Shown in pieces: positions 37,948 to 51,288 of a stretch of DNA of 64,000 nucleotides. The stretch lies in the NCBI GenBank assembly GCA_038496445.1, contig JALMLS010000414.1, forward strand, positions 124,001-188,000, given 5' to 3'. This DNA comes from Trichosphaerium sp. ATCC 40318 (lineage: Eukaryota; Protista; Tubulinea). A program made the position numbers and the translations under genes. Numbering within the stretch: position 1 is the stretch's first letter; every line of letters begins with the position of its first letter. A model generated the notes under the pieces. It did no database searches, was not told the DNA's origin, and saw only the letters and a list, made by a program, of their open reading frames with translations.

Positions 37948-38512
37948 TGTGTATTAACACTACAACAAAGGTATTCAAAGTATTCTATTGCGTGTGAGCA
38001 TGGTAAACACCCTTGAACATGTGCTACCCTTCAGTAGGATTTTCACCTTGGAGCAAAAGGAAAGATACTAATATTCTATTATTGCGCCATTTGTAAGATG
38101 TATTCTTAAATAAAGGCATTTCGGTTTGGTTTCTTCTTAAAGATCTTTAATTTCTTTCTTTTTTTGTTCTGTATCGGCGTTTTTGCCTGTGCAAAGAATA
38201 GACCAACAGTAAAGTGTAAGTAACATAGTTGGGTAGAAACTACAACATTCATTCGAGATCTATAAAGGAAATTTTTTCCAATAAGTTGCCAACGGCTAAA
38301 GATGAAGGTTTTTCAAAAAACGAATTAATAGCTAAAATTTGATCTGCCTAGTTTTTTGGTCAAAATCTCCTGTCGTATTCACTGTTTAACACGAGCAATG
38401 ACAAATACCAGAGATAGTGATACAAATTGGATAGCATTCGACTGACTTGACACGTGGTATCTATGAGCGTTTATTTTCTTACATTGCTTTATAGCTAGCC
38501 TATGATTGAGGT

Positions 38513-39668
38513 CTATGAACAAAAAGGAAGCTCTGCATAGTCTGATGCACCAATTTCAAATGATGGTTCACAACGTGTTTTAATAGCACTCTTTGATGAC
38601 GCAGTCAGCATTTTACTCCTTATTTTGGCCTCATCTGGTAACCTAATATCATATCATTAAGTACTCCTTTTGATGTTTTTTTTCTGTTTTTTCAAGAAAA
38701 GTTGTGTACCACAGGACCATCATTACTTTGCTATCACTGGCACCAAAGTTTACATTCTTGTAGTTTTGATCCCAATCTTCTTTGTACACTCTTGTGAAAA
38801 TACATAAAGATTCATCCTGGTAAAATAAATGAGAAAGAAACAAGAAAAAAAACTGAGGTAGCTGAGTACTTTCGGGCAAATACTATGCCAGCACTTGATG
38901 TGTCAAGCTTTTGATTCCCTGAACCATACACATGTGTCGTAGTGTCTTTTTCCACAGTAGTTTTTAGGGACATCCAGGTACAACTTCCATACAGGAGTCG
39001 ATAGTACGTGATCATAACTTCACCTGAAAAAGCAGGACGCGCAAAATCATACCAGAGTTTCTCAAGATTAGATGATGCTATAATCCTTTTTTCTTCCGCC
39101 GTTGGGTAGTTTAAATGATTTATATAGAACTCCTTGAGATTAGGAAATAATCTCAAGACCTTTGAGTGAATACCATCACACATAACAACTACAAGAAAAA
39201 AAGTTACATTGAAATGTCACATACTTTTTTAATATGACATAAACTCAGAGTGTATCCAGCTACCAGGGTACAATATGTAGCCATCACGTGGACAACCTTA
39301 GGGCGTTGTATGGTGAACACATTCTCTGCTATAAGGTCGACTTTCACGACATCAAAGAAAGAAGAAATCGTACCCAATCGGAGTTTTTGGAGTTTAGTGT
39401 ATTTTTTTGCTTTGGCGAGATCTGTTACCATGTTAGATGATGTTAAACGCCATTAATATAATAAACGTACCTGTTGATCTTCTTAAAGTCAAAGAGCGTA
39501 CATGTAGAACCGAAATACTGTTCCATTGCTTACAAACAGTTCTAATACCTCTTGTTAGCTCAAGGCTAGCCTTTATATTGCTTATTACCCTACAATAAAC
39601 AACGTTTTATCAGCCATACCAGAGAATACGAGAAAAAACAACTCTACAGGAAGCTGTGGTTTTTCCAT
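38513..39668 (-). CDS. F-box/LRR-like protein, multi-exon
   Basis: MEKPQLP.., IRTVCKQWNSI (F-box C-terminal half), KLQKLRL and FPNLKEF. Confidence 0.55.
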
Positions 39669-40019
39669 GACTGGCACACGCTGAGTTAGTTAAAATCACT
39701 TTTTGTGGTATGAAAGGGATCACTTAAGGACGTTAAAAAGCATTTTAGAACTTTTGGAAAGTGGGACTTAGTCTTTGTGCATTCTGTTCGCTCACCTCAA
39801 TTAGAAGTTGTGCGAAGATGACATGGCCTTATTGAACCTCAATTAGGTTGAGCTACCTGCAAGCAACATCAATCTTAGCTATGATAGTACCGTCTTTGAT
39901 CACGAGATCAGGAAAATACAATAGAAACAAATTGGATTGTATCACGTGCAAAGAAAAAACTTAAGTCAATGAAGTCCCGTGGTGCCAAAATTTATGTTTC
40001 ATTCTCAAGTTGGATCACG

Positions 40020-40530
40020 TTTAACAGGTTTATTTGAATTTTTATTTCTTTCTTGAACATTCCTAAAACCAGTGTATGTCAACTTAATCAAGTGCAACAT
40101 CTTCAGAGCTAAGTAAACATGTAAACAACTTTTTAACAAATTGTAAAATTTTTTTCTTATTTTTTTCGTGCCTCCGTGTGGTTTCAAGAAGTTCAACCTC
40201 CTTTTTGCTGTTGTCAACATTATCCTTTTTTTGTGTGTGAAATGATAGACTACAAAGAAAATACTTATCAATACTAATAAAAGACCAAAAACACATCCAA
40301 TAATAAGTCCAGTCTTTGCTGTTTTATTGGTGTTTAAACCTAAAATATCTCTTGCTTGTTGATCACTGATGTTATATTGATGAACTACAAGGTTAAAGAT
40401 TAGAAGTAAAATCCAAAGAGCGTAGTATTAAACAATGAATTGAATAATGTCGAAACCAAGAAAAAAAGAGGAAAAAACAAACCACTCTTTCAAAGCACGT
40501 TCAGTGTTTGTTTTTACCTCAACTGCTATG
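40020..40530 (-). CDS. Hypothetical small membrane protein
   Basis: Exon with hydrophobic GLIIGCVFGLLLVLISIF followed by a charged helical exon; structure uncertain. Confidence 0.35.
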
Positions 40531-40643
40531 AGTTCATTTCAAAGCTTTAAAAACGTGTCCAGAAAATCCAAAAACGAAAAAATAAATTATGTAGAAAGTT
40601 GATGGTGATCGTGAATAACAATGAAGAAAAATGTTGTTTAGAT

Positions 40644-41941
40644 TCAATTGAATCTGTTCATACCAGTGAATGGTGGCCATGTGTATACTTCTACTGCATT
40701 TCCATCTAATTTTCTTATAGCTTGATGCATATTGCCAACCTTTCTATAGGTAGTATGTCCAAAAACACCTTCTATTGGCCTTGTTCGTCCTGTTCTGTTG
40801 CGACTAAAGTTAGCATCTTTCGGGGTTTTTTTTTCCGTTTCACTTTGTACTTACGATGGGTCATAGACGTATGATGAGTACGGTATTTCACAGAAATAAT
40901 TAAAACCTTTTACAATGGTAAGTATATTAGCGTCAGAATACTAGTATTTGTGTTAGATGTGATAGTACTACACCGTAAAAGATAAAGATTAGAGTATGGG
41001 TTCTGAACTAAGCCGTACATATTTGACTGTTGTCAAGTTGTTGGCGAACTGTTCGCAATCATTTTGTGCAAAGCATATACCATCCCTTAAAGTATAAGAA
41101 CGACACCACGCAGTTGATGGTATCTGAAACAATGTCAATAGAACTTTGAACATAACTAGTTTTTTCTAGTTCTCTATCGTACCCTTTCAGCTTTTACTCT
41201 TGATACAATTTCAAAAGTTTCACGTGATACAAGAACGTTAATAGCATCCATATGAGATGACCCAAATTGAATAACAAAGTTATCAGTGACAGGATCATAA
41301 AAGAACAAGAGGGCTTCATAGCTATGAAAGAGAAATAAGACGTTCGTGTGTCAAATAGAATTACTTACAAAAAGTTGTCTTCATGCAGAAATTCAAATGC
41401 AAATTGACCTATTTTTGCGCCGTTGTTGCTTATAATCCACATGAGCCCATCTCTAGTACAATTTGCAGAGATACTATAATTATGTGCGACAGGTTCAGTA
41501 GGTTCTTTCAATTCCAGCAGGTAAGCACACCGATGGTCACGTGTACAAAAAATAACGTACCATCACATAAAGCAATGTAATCAGTAGCAGGGTATTTCTT
41601 AAGTGTACCATCACGTGCATCAATGGTCGCTAGCGCCGTTTCACCTAGTAAGATCGTTATGACTAAAACATAAAGTAAAAGTGTACCAACAGGTCCTAAG
41701 TAGTTCCATTCGCGAAAAGAGAGGATATACCTGTATTTACAACATTGTGAGCGGTTAGCTCATCAAACAAGATTGGCGTACATGTATGGATCAAGCGAAC
41801 AGCTGCGATAGTTCACGTGTATACCCTTAGTGGTTCAGTATGGTTGGTGAGTTTTTGTGGACGTACTGGCTGTACGAGTTGGGAGCACGCGTAAGCAATA
41901 GGTAAGACGCATAAAAGGAATATAGCTGGTTTGTTAAACAT
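40644..41941 (-). CDS. Hypothetical secreted protein, multi-exon
   Basis: Signal MFNKPAIFLLCVLPIAYA. Open exons such as YEALLFFYDPVTDNFVIQFG are bounded by GT-AG. Confidence 0.55.
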
Positions 41942-42466
41942 GTTTTGATCTACCGATTCATCGAAAGTGAACAAAAAAATATCGGTTAAGTTTTTGGTTA
42001 AGGAAGAGTTTGTTGATTGTTTTTGCACGTAATTAACCGTTAGAATGGTTAAAATTATCGTTAGAAGAGGCAAGGTTGATAAAAGCTTTGATATATCGAA
42101 GATAGAGAAAATACAAAAGATAAAGGAACGCATTCGCAAAACCTTTGATATATCTGATGATAACGACATACGGTAAAGCAGTTTATGACAGTTATATCGA
42201 TTAATACGTTGTTTTAATATTTAAAAGAGTTGTTTTTGGCGGTAAAGCTTGTAAAGACGAGTGTACAGCGTTTCAGTGCGGTATAAAAACAGGTTGTGTT
42301 GTTTTAATATTCGTTACGAAAAAACGCTCCGGGTACGTTTTATTACGATTTAAACACCGCCTTGGTACACTCTGAGTAGTAGATACTCATTTGCATGGCT
42401 AATACGCCTGGTCTAAGCCAATCCTAGCCAACGGTAACATTAATAAATTGTAGTACAAAAAAAGAA

Positions 42467-45400
42467 ATGCCTCTCACAGATGATGTGAAATCTCCATCAC
42501 AAGTGGATAGCGCGAAGCCTAATAACATTCCAAAAATTGATGGCATAAACGTTTCACCTAATGATCTCATGTACACGTGCGAGTAAGTAGTTAACACCAA
42601 AAAACTAAAAATTGTTTCTCAAACTTACTTTTTTTTAAACAGTCCTAAAGTTGGCGATGAGAACACATTCAAGTCATCCAAAAATCTGCCTCCATTCATT
42701 TCTAGCCTTTATAAAGGGTTTTGGGAGTTGAACCCAGTACGGAATATAGTATTATTCAACACCCTATCCAGCATTCCTTGTTTGACTAATTTTCTTCTGC
42801 AAAAAAGATTCCAGCAACAAAAAAAAAGGCGATAGTAATTAGATTTCCTTTACCATCTGGTAAGGATAGTGACGTCAATGTTGATAATCTGGGTATTGTC
42901 AATTATCAAACAGATTTTTTTGGGTACATATATTACTCGATGAAGATTTACACATTCTTCTGCTTGTGGTTTAAAAAGAAATCTATCTGACGATTTTATT
43001 ACATTGTGTTCTTTCTTTTTGTAATCCTGTTTTGTAGCTCTCCTGCCTATGACCTTGTACACTACTCAGAGCTTACTAAAGAAAACGGATACTTGGGTTT
43101 TACATTAAAACGGAGGCTTTTCAATACAATTAAAGGTGGTTTCTGGACTGTTTGTATTATTAACAAAGAAAAATTATTACATTGCCCTCATTGCCTCCAA
43201 GTAAGTTTCTCGATTTCCTTCAAGCCATCATACTCCTGTGCATTGACCTTTATAACCACACATCCTCTTACAATTGTATAGGCAGATAATACTCTTAAAA
43301 AACTACGATGCAATGACTGTGGACAATCGTGGCATTTTTATTGCATTCAAAAACCAAAAAAGATTCTACTTAAAACTTTCCATAAGATGCTAACCAGTAC
43401 GTTTTTGGTTTTCGTTTTCAGTTCATATAACAATGCCTGTTGCTTTATTAATACTAACTCACCTTGCTTAGCGACTGACGACTGGTTTTGTCCTCTATGC
43501 TATAACTCAGAGTTACATGACAAGAAGAACCAGTCTGTGTCAAAAAACGCAAAAAAGTCTTCACGGGCACAAAAGGCAGTGGCAAAAGGAAAGACTCATA
43601 TTGGTGCAGGACAATCTAACGCTGGCGTGTACGTTCTAGAATTTAACAAGGAAGAATGTTACTGTTCATAAAACCCTAATTTTTCTGAAGAAAGGAAAAG
43701 TGCCGGGTAGTGCCTCCTCATCATGTTGGTTCCATTCCTGGTGTCTTAGTCGGATCTCACTACAGATATAGAGTTGAAGCATCTCAGGCAGGTGTACATA
43801 GACCCCATATGAAGGGTATTGCAGGACGTAAAAACTGTACGATGTGACTCTTTATGTGATCTATTATTCAATTCTATTTTTCTAGTTTTTGCAAACAGTA
43901 TTGCGTCTTCTGCGAGATATGAAGATGATACTGATTCTGGATACGAAATAATTTATACTGGTGAAGGAGGACGCGATTTATCAGGAAATAAGCGCTGTGG
44001 TGCGCATACCAAGGCTCAAAAGGTACACTAAAGACAGCGATGTTTTTTTTCTGATTTTTTTCAAGTTTAAAGGCGCGAATACAGCCTTGGCACTAAACTG
44101 TGCAAAAAAGAATGATTGTACAAATGATAATTGTATTTGGGGCGAAAAACCTATTTGTGATGATTGTGCAGGATGTTGGAAAGAGGGAATACCTGTACAG
44201 TTTTTATTTTCTTTTTTTTTTTCTACTTACTCACGCTGATTTTCTGTACTTTAGGTTCGTGTTATACGTGGTTTCAAAGGGGCCAAAACAAAACATCCTC
44301 ATAAATATGATCCACAAGAACGTAAGTATCATCATCTTTGCGAAAAAAACCTTGTTTTCTTCTTTTTTTCTTGCTTCTTCTCAAAGCACTGTTTTTTCTG
44401 TCCTCACGTTTTCTTTAGCGTACCCTGATGTTGTACCTAAAAATAAACAGAACGTGTACCGTTATGATGGCCTATACAAGGTAGTAAATTTTTGGAAGGA
44501 AACAGGCCGTGCCGGACAGATTGTGTTTTCGTATTTGTTAAGGTACACAACCCGTTTTTGCTGGCATAATCCCTTACTTTTGGTAGGCGTGATGATCCTG
44601 AACCAGCTCCTTGGACACCTGAAGGAAAGGCATATATTAGACGGTATTGCTTAGATCGTATTGGATTACCAACTGGGGTAACAGCTAATGAGTACGACCT
44701 TGTTTTTTTTACTGAACTTTTGTTCCTAATATTTTCTTGTACAGAGCAGAGTTGATTCCAATCAGTCAAACTGATGCATACCTTACTTCCCTAAAAAAAG
44801 ACAAATTAGTAGAGCAATCACGTAAACGTAGCAGAGACGATGACAATGATAACGATGCTGACGAACGCCCCAGTAAGAAGAGAAAGATTGAAAAAGCGAC
44901 GAAAACCCAGAAATGTCTGATGATGTAACATGTGTTCTTCCTCTAGGAGATTTTCTCTAACCTTTTCTTTAGTCTATTGAGATAATATTAACAGATTTTG
45001 AAGACGAAGACTTTGACAACACAGAATCTGCTGATGGCGAAGAAGTCAATGAATATGAGAACAATAAAGAAATTGGCATGGAATTTGAATATAATAATGA
45101 TGTCGAAGATAATGGCATTGATTGCAATCAAATATTTGGTGACATCATCGCTGAAGATGCAAGGGTGATTGCTACGGATATAAGCAATAAAGATACTTGG
45201 AACCAACTGATACAAACGCACACACTAAACTGGGAAAATCGTTTCGAATTTTTACAGGCAGCTTTTGATGAGTTTTGTTGTGTCATCTGCCAAAAGCTGG
45301 TGTTTGAACCTGTGAAGTTGGAATGTACGTCTATATATGCTTGTGCTATTGTTAAACGTCATCTGTTTGTTAATAGCTATTTAGGTGGCCATGGAAAGCG

Positions 45401-45608
45401 TATGTGCAGAGTTTGTATAAATAACCTTATTAAGAATACACCATCGAAGGAAACACCTTGTTGTCCGATGTGTAGGGAAGACCTACCTGATATTGACAAT
45501 ATAGAAGACAATGAAGCTCTTTACAATGTTATTACAAGATTATTTCATACGATAAAGAAGCCAAGAAGAAGGAGGAAAAAAGCAACTAAAAAAACAAAGA
45601 AAAATTGA
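42467..45608 (+). CDS. UHRF1: UHRF1/VIM(ORTH)-like protein: PHD, SRA/YDG, C-terminal RING
   Basis: PHD LRCNDCGQSWHFYC..WFCPLC. SRA HVGSIPGVLVG..SQAGVHRPHMKGIAG, YEDD, YTGEGGRDLSGNKR, YRYDGLYKV and RRDDPEPAPW. RING CVICQKLVFEPVKLEC..H..CRVC..CPMCR. Confidence 0.9.
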
Positions 45609-45812
45609 AAAGTGTTTGACTTCTGGTAAGTCGCACAATCAAGTTTTTTTGGTTCTCTGCTGGTAATGATGTTATGTAAATTTTGTACTATGGAGCTTTG
45701 GTGAGCCGTCCTTGTATTAGTAAACCTAGATGTTAAAAAAAGTCAAACATTGATGATTTTGAAAGAACGACAAACACAGTCGGAGGGAGATGTCTTTATT
45801 CACTCTTATACA

Positions 45813-47156
45813 TTAGCAGTCATGCCAAGTTACTGTAGAGACATTTCTATTTGATAAATCCACATAAACGCTTGCATACTCAAACTCACGAGTATAAACC
45901 CACGTGTTTGAAACACGTTTTGCTGGTCCTTTTGGAGCTCCAAGTTTACACTTCAATTGAGGATAAAAGTCAACTGGGCATGTGTGATCTGTTCCAAAAG
46001 GTATGAAATCAGAGATATTCCACCATAGAGAGTATCCCCACCAATGATTCTCTTCAGCAATAAGCAAAAAATACGATACAGCATTGTTGAAATAATCAGC
46101 CATCATTTTTTGTAGTCCCTTTGTCGTTTTAGGTATAGTGTTGTTAGGCCAAGTTTGAGGATGTATAATGGGTCCAGGCCAACTCTTGATCTCAAGAGTA
46201 CGATCAGCGTTCTTAGGGGAACCGATGATATCAAAGAGGAGATGCTGCATAGCTTCAGGTTTCATTTTACCTGTCTTATGATCTAGGAACTGAAGAATGG
46301 CCGTGTGATCAACCATTGATGCTGATGCGCCTTCCAAGTGAAGACTTAGAGCGTAGTCTGAATCTAACGCGTTCATTAGAGCTATTTGATTATTACCTAG
46401 TTTATCTAGCTCTTCTTGTAATTTTCCTATCATTGCTCCTTGTGCTTTGTTGTGAGCATCGCTTTGCTCTGGTGTTAGGTCAGGAATTGTCTTATTAGAC
46501 GTAGGTATATCATCAAGGAAAAACCCGTCGATAGCTATCTTTCCATTGCTGAGTGTTTGTTTGGCTAGATCCAACAAGTGACCAACAAAGAAGTCGACAA
46601 AATCTTGGTTTGTAGGGTCGAACAATGGATAATCTAACAAATGAGGTGAGTACAATGCGCACGTGCGAATTTTTTACTTACTATCTCTGTACAGAATTTT
46701 TCCGTCGTCACCGTGAAGAGACCATTCATTTTGGTTGTGTAACCATGTTTTTGACGCACTAGAACACTCAACGACTTGCTGTGCTTCATCTGATTTGTAG
46801 TAGAAAATTACTCTGACATTCGGATTAACCGCCTACAAAAAGTCGTTAACGCTAGTTTACAACAGAATGTACTACTACTGCGTTACCTTTAATTCTGTTG
46901 CTGCTTTCAACACAGCTGCTTCCATTGTAGTACCAACAGCGAAAGATCCAAAGCAATTTCCAAACGTGATAATTTTAAAGTTTGTTGCCATAAACTTTGT
47001 TTGTTCCTCTGTTATCATACCACTTGCGTTCTTACCATGCATGTACAACATATCCGATAAAGTATCCCATGTATGTACCCAGGGCTTACATTCGCACGTG
47101 TGGAGTAATAGTATACTTGCTATTACAGCAAAAAGACAATAGTGTAGCCTTAGCAT
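45813..47156 (-). CDS. Secreted putative glycoside hydrolase (GHL15-like), one intron at about 46834-46880
   Basis: Signal MLRLHYCLFAVIASILLLHTCEC; VNPNVRVIFY, IDGFFLDD, LGAPKGPA and VYTREFEYASVYVDL, motifs recalled for hypothetical GH family 15-like proteins. Confidence 0.65.
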
Positions 47157-47679
47157 TGTAGTAACCAAAAAAGACTGCGTTCTGACTAAGGGGTGTATTT
47201 GTCCGATGTAGACTTTTCGATTACATGTGCCGATAAACTTAAAATGCTAAAAACAAGCACAAAGTCCTTTTGTTGCGCGTTTCATTCATGGTAGAGCACA
47301 TGTCGATTTTCATTTAAACTGGTACATTTTTATTTGGCTAAGACCTTTTTATTGAATACATTACGCCCACAGACAACTACAAAGCAAATGTAGATAAAAA
47401 GAAAAGTTTGGAAAAGAGCTACTAGAGCCTTATCGTCCAATAGCTCCTACAAACAACACAACACAGATTGGAGGAGAAACTATCTCTTGGCTGCACTGCT
47501 TGTGTGTTTTTAGCTTTTTGCCTTTTGTTGTATTCAACTATTGAAGAACTTGAACTATATATTGATGCGGAAGGAAAAAGGTATTGGGTATTGCAACTTT
47601 TGTTTTATTTCTGGTAGAACCATTAGACAAAGTTGCAGCTTGTTTCATCTTTATCACCTTTATACTGTTATATTAATTG

Positions 47680-47880
47680 AATAAACGCAACAAGTGATTA
47701 GACACCTTCATCTGTAATGCAATCACAGTAATTTAGATCAATTGGATAAAACCCAGTTAGTAACTTTTACACCTACATCTGTGACTGAAGCGTTGGCAAG
47801 GTTGATTGTATGTACACCTTTTAATTCTTTGACACCTTCATCCGTGGCTGATGTGGAGTTAAGGTAAATCTTCACGCTGT
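47680..47880 (-). pseudogene. Decayed 'GVHTI' LRR fragment
   Basis: TDEGVKELKGVHTINLANASVTDVGVK followed by frameshifts and stops, and another ITDEGV remnant. Confidence 0.75.
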
Positions 47881-48873
47881 CAGGTTAATTAATCCTGCAT
47901 CAACAAGTAGTTTTGTACAAGCACACGATTGTTGAGACTGAAAATACATATTTGTGCCTACATATTGTGAAAGTAGCTGTAAACGCACTTCGATCTTTTT
48001 CTCGCCTCCGCTTTGGGGTCCTTGCTATGTTCTAACCAAGGGCGTACAGATTGATATTATGCAAACTACGGAACATAGTACTAAGATGTAATAGCTCACT
48101 GGAGAAACGCGACACCAGTCATTCATAACTTATTCTCAATGGCATGTTTTTTTGTGACACGTGATTTACCATACGTTTTTTCAGAAACGGAATTGTTACA
48201 CATGATAAATAAACGCTTGTGACGTGTGAAAGCTTGTATTGGGACTTCAGTAACAGATGATAGGATAAAAGGACTAAAGTCGTACATACCTTTACTCTTA
48301 GAAATACTTCTGTTACACACATTGGCAAAATCAAGTGCTTGATATTAATGACCTGAAGATAATTCAGTAACAAGCACTGTATCAAATGAACCTGTAGACA
48401 TGTTCTCGTGTTAAAGAGGTGCATACAGATGAGACTTCATTTGCATGGAAGGCTATCATTCAGTAATGTTAACGTATTTGCCACCATCGCCTTTATAGAA
48501 CAAGCTAATATGTAAATGTCAGGCATGCTTACCAAATCACATAAACGTCGGTTCACTTTAATTAGATAGCATGACAACCACTAGTAAAAACGCAGATAGA
48601 TATGACAGGATAGTAATAGAGTAGTCAGAACGAACTAAGAAATCCGGATGCAATCAACAGGTTGAGTTGATTTTAAACGACAGCGGTTCGGTAATACAAT
48701 GCAACTAAAGGCTCCAACATGCGAAATGAAAGTTCTATTTTGAGTACTTTGAGTGCACATGCTCTACTATCCTTTGTACTGCTACTGGTACCCATTAGGT
48801 ATACGTTCCATAAAGGAAATGTTTTATTGTTACTTGCAGTACAAGCGATGGCTTAAATTAAATCATAGTTTAT

Positions 48874-49670
48874 TAACTCACATAGCACCACAAAAGGTAA
48901 GAAATCAAACAAACCAACAGGCAGTGCAGCCAAAATGCCTGTTTCCAATATACGTACCAAAAGGGCCCATAATATTCATTTTTAAGTAATTTACCATCAC
49001 TTGACCACTCTTTTAGCTCACCATAATACTCTCCCTCCATATTTTCTTAAGCTGACCATTCTCGTGGTAATTCTTAACTTCTTCACAGTCTCTTTTCAAA
49101 CTACTTAGCTTGTGACTGTTAATCTGTCCAGTATAATAATAGGTCATACGTTCATGTTTAAAATTGCGGTAGTCATCTATTTCCTGTACTACCATGTTGT
49201 TGTTGGCATAGAGGCAGTTTTTTACAAATACTTGGATGCCATTGAGGATAATCAACACAGTTGATCCTTTGTAGAATTGCCACTCCTTATACTCTCCTTC
49301 TATCTTACCATCTTTGTAATAACACCTCATCATGAGACTGCCACAAATCCACCTTTTGTTAACTCCATGTAGTTTACCATGTCTCCAATTATCTTCAGCC
49401 TAAGTTTTTTATTACTTTCCTAAAAAGGTAATACAAGAAATTCTCAATTACCGAGCAATGTCTTTTTTCTTCTCTCCCTACTTTTGTAGTGTATTGCTTC
49501 CACTTGCCATGTTTTCTCAGCTCAGAATCGAATCTTGTCATCATTGCGGCGTGTTTTGATAACAGAGGATACACTTTATAAATGCTCAAGTCGTCATCGA
49601 TGATATCAAGCTGTAGCTCCACAGGAAGGTTCAATAAGTGGCAAATAGGCAGTTCCGAAGCATTTGTCAT
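48874..49670 (-). pseudogene. F-box-like + MORN2 gene, divergent, frameshift near 49040
   Basis: HLLNLPVELQLDII..YPLLSKHAA..RF..GKW. A probable intron at about 49400-49450 restores NWRHGKLHG. The final repeat YGELKEWSSDGKL is in another frame. Confidence 0.65.
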
Positions 49671-51288
49671 CTATTTCTTGCAGTTAGCGTAGTTTTACGT
49701 TAAAAGCGCTTACTTTTGTTTTCTTAGGCGTCGTTTAGTCTTTTGATGGTTTGGTTAATGGCGGGAACAGAAATAATCAAAACTTGACGTTGGTTGACTT
49801 AACAGCTGAGTGTTGATTGAAGCTCAACTCTACATTTTTACGAGTTGGTTTTGACATGGTAAGTTGATTTATTGAAGCTCGATGCTACTGGTAACTACCA
49901 ACGAAGCCACTAAACCTTTAAAGTTCTTTTATTATGCGTTTCTCAGAAAATACTTACAGCGCTTTACAAGTCTACATTTGGTAAAATTTAGACTGAAGTG
50001 CATGGCAAGCGCTTAATGGCTATTGCCAGTTAAAAAGAATAAAGATCTGCTTTGCACATATGCAATCATGTTATGCGGTTAATGCAACACATGTCCTGAT
50101 TCCAAAGACCCAAACCGACCTATAAAGATCTACTACAATATATAGTTGAAGACAACATCTAAACAAACATGATACCGTGACTGTTTGTGTAGACAAGAGG
50201 TTTGTTGTAGCCTTGAGGTTCTGCGGAGATGTCGCCATCACATGCCATGATACACTTAGAACGGCCGTTCCAGCATCCTTCGTTTCTGGCGTAAGCTAGT
50301 TGACACTATTTCCTTTCAACTGAATATAATATAATACCAGAATACGCGCACTACCTGAGAAAAGAAGTTAGCACCTGCAAGACTTCTTTGAATCTATAGT
50401 GGACTAACACTTGCGTACAAATACCTATTGAATACTCTGAACTTCCTTGATACTGTGGGTTTGATACAAACGAGATTTGAGTACCAAACGTGTCAGAGTA
50501 GCTACTACACCAAACAGTATTCGGGCAGCCACTTGCAACAAGCATAGTGGAACTAGACGCAATATTCATGCTAGAATATTAATAGATGAAGACAGCGAAT
50601 CATAGCTGTCACGTGTTTAATCCTTTTTGCTGAATAGCCGAGATTGACTTTAGAAGCAAGCGAGATTATAAGCTGCTAGGCTTCAGTGAAAGTATCAGAA
50701 CACGTGCATATTCGAGTTTTCGTGGATAACTGCAGCTGACAACATTGTAGAACGCTACATTCAAATTTGTTAAGTCTCTCTACTGATACTAGCAGTAGTA
50801 ACAGTTTGAAACATGTTTGCAAAGCAGCACATGTTATGGCTTGCGTTGGTACAACAAGGACTGAATTACAATTGGTTGAAAAATCAAGGACTGCGATTGA
50901 AACAGTGTAGGAATGAAGACGTGCAGTATATAAAAAATGTAGCACACAGAAGATCAATTACAACAGCTGTAAGTTTAAGGTATAGTAGTGTTTATAATCA
51001 TTTGATGGCTACAACATTCTAAAAAAAGCGCCAATTCTTGCTAGATCGTCTGACAATGACAGCACATCGCAATGGTCAACCTTTCAGAATAGCTAATGAA
51101 TGTAAACTTGTTTTCGGAACAGCAGTTTTATTTCTCTTTGGTTTTAATGCTTGTGACTTACAACAGCAATAGTAAACTCAGTGTTGTTCAGACTATAAAA
51201 TTTATTTGCTAGCAGCACGGCTACAAAGTTTAACATTTCAAGGCAATCTTTTGGACAACGTGAGATTGTATACAAACAAACGTACAAT

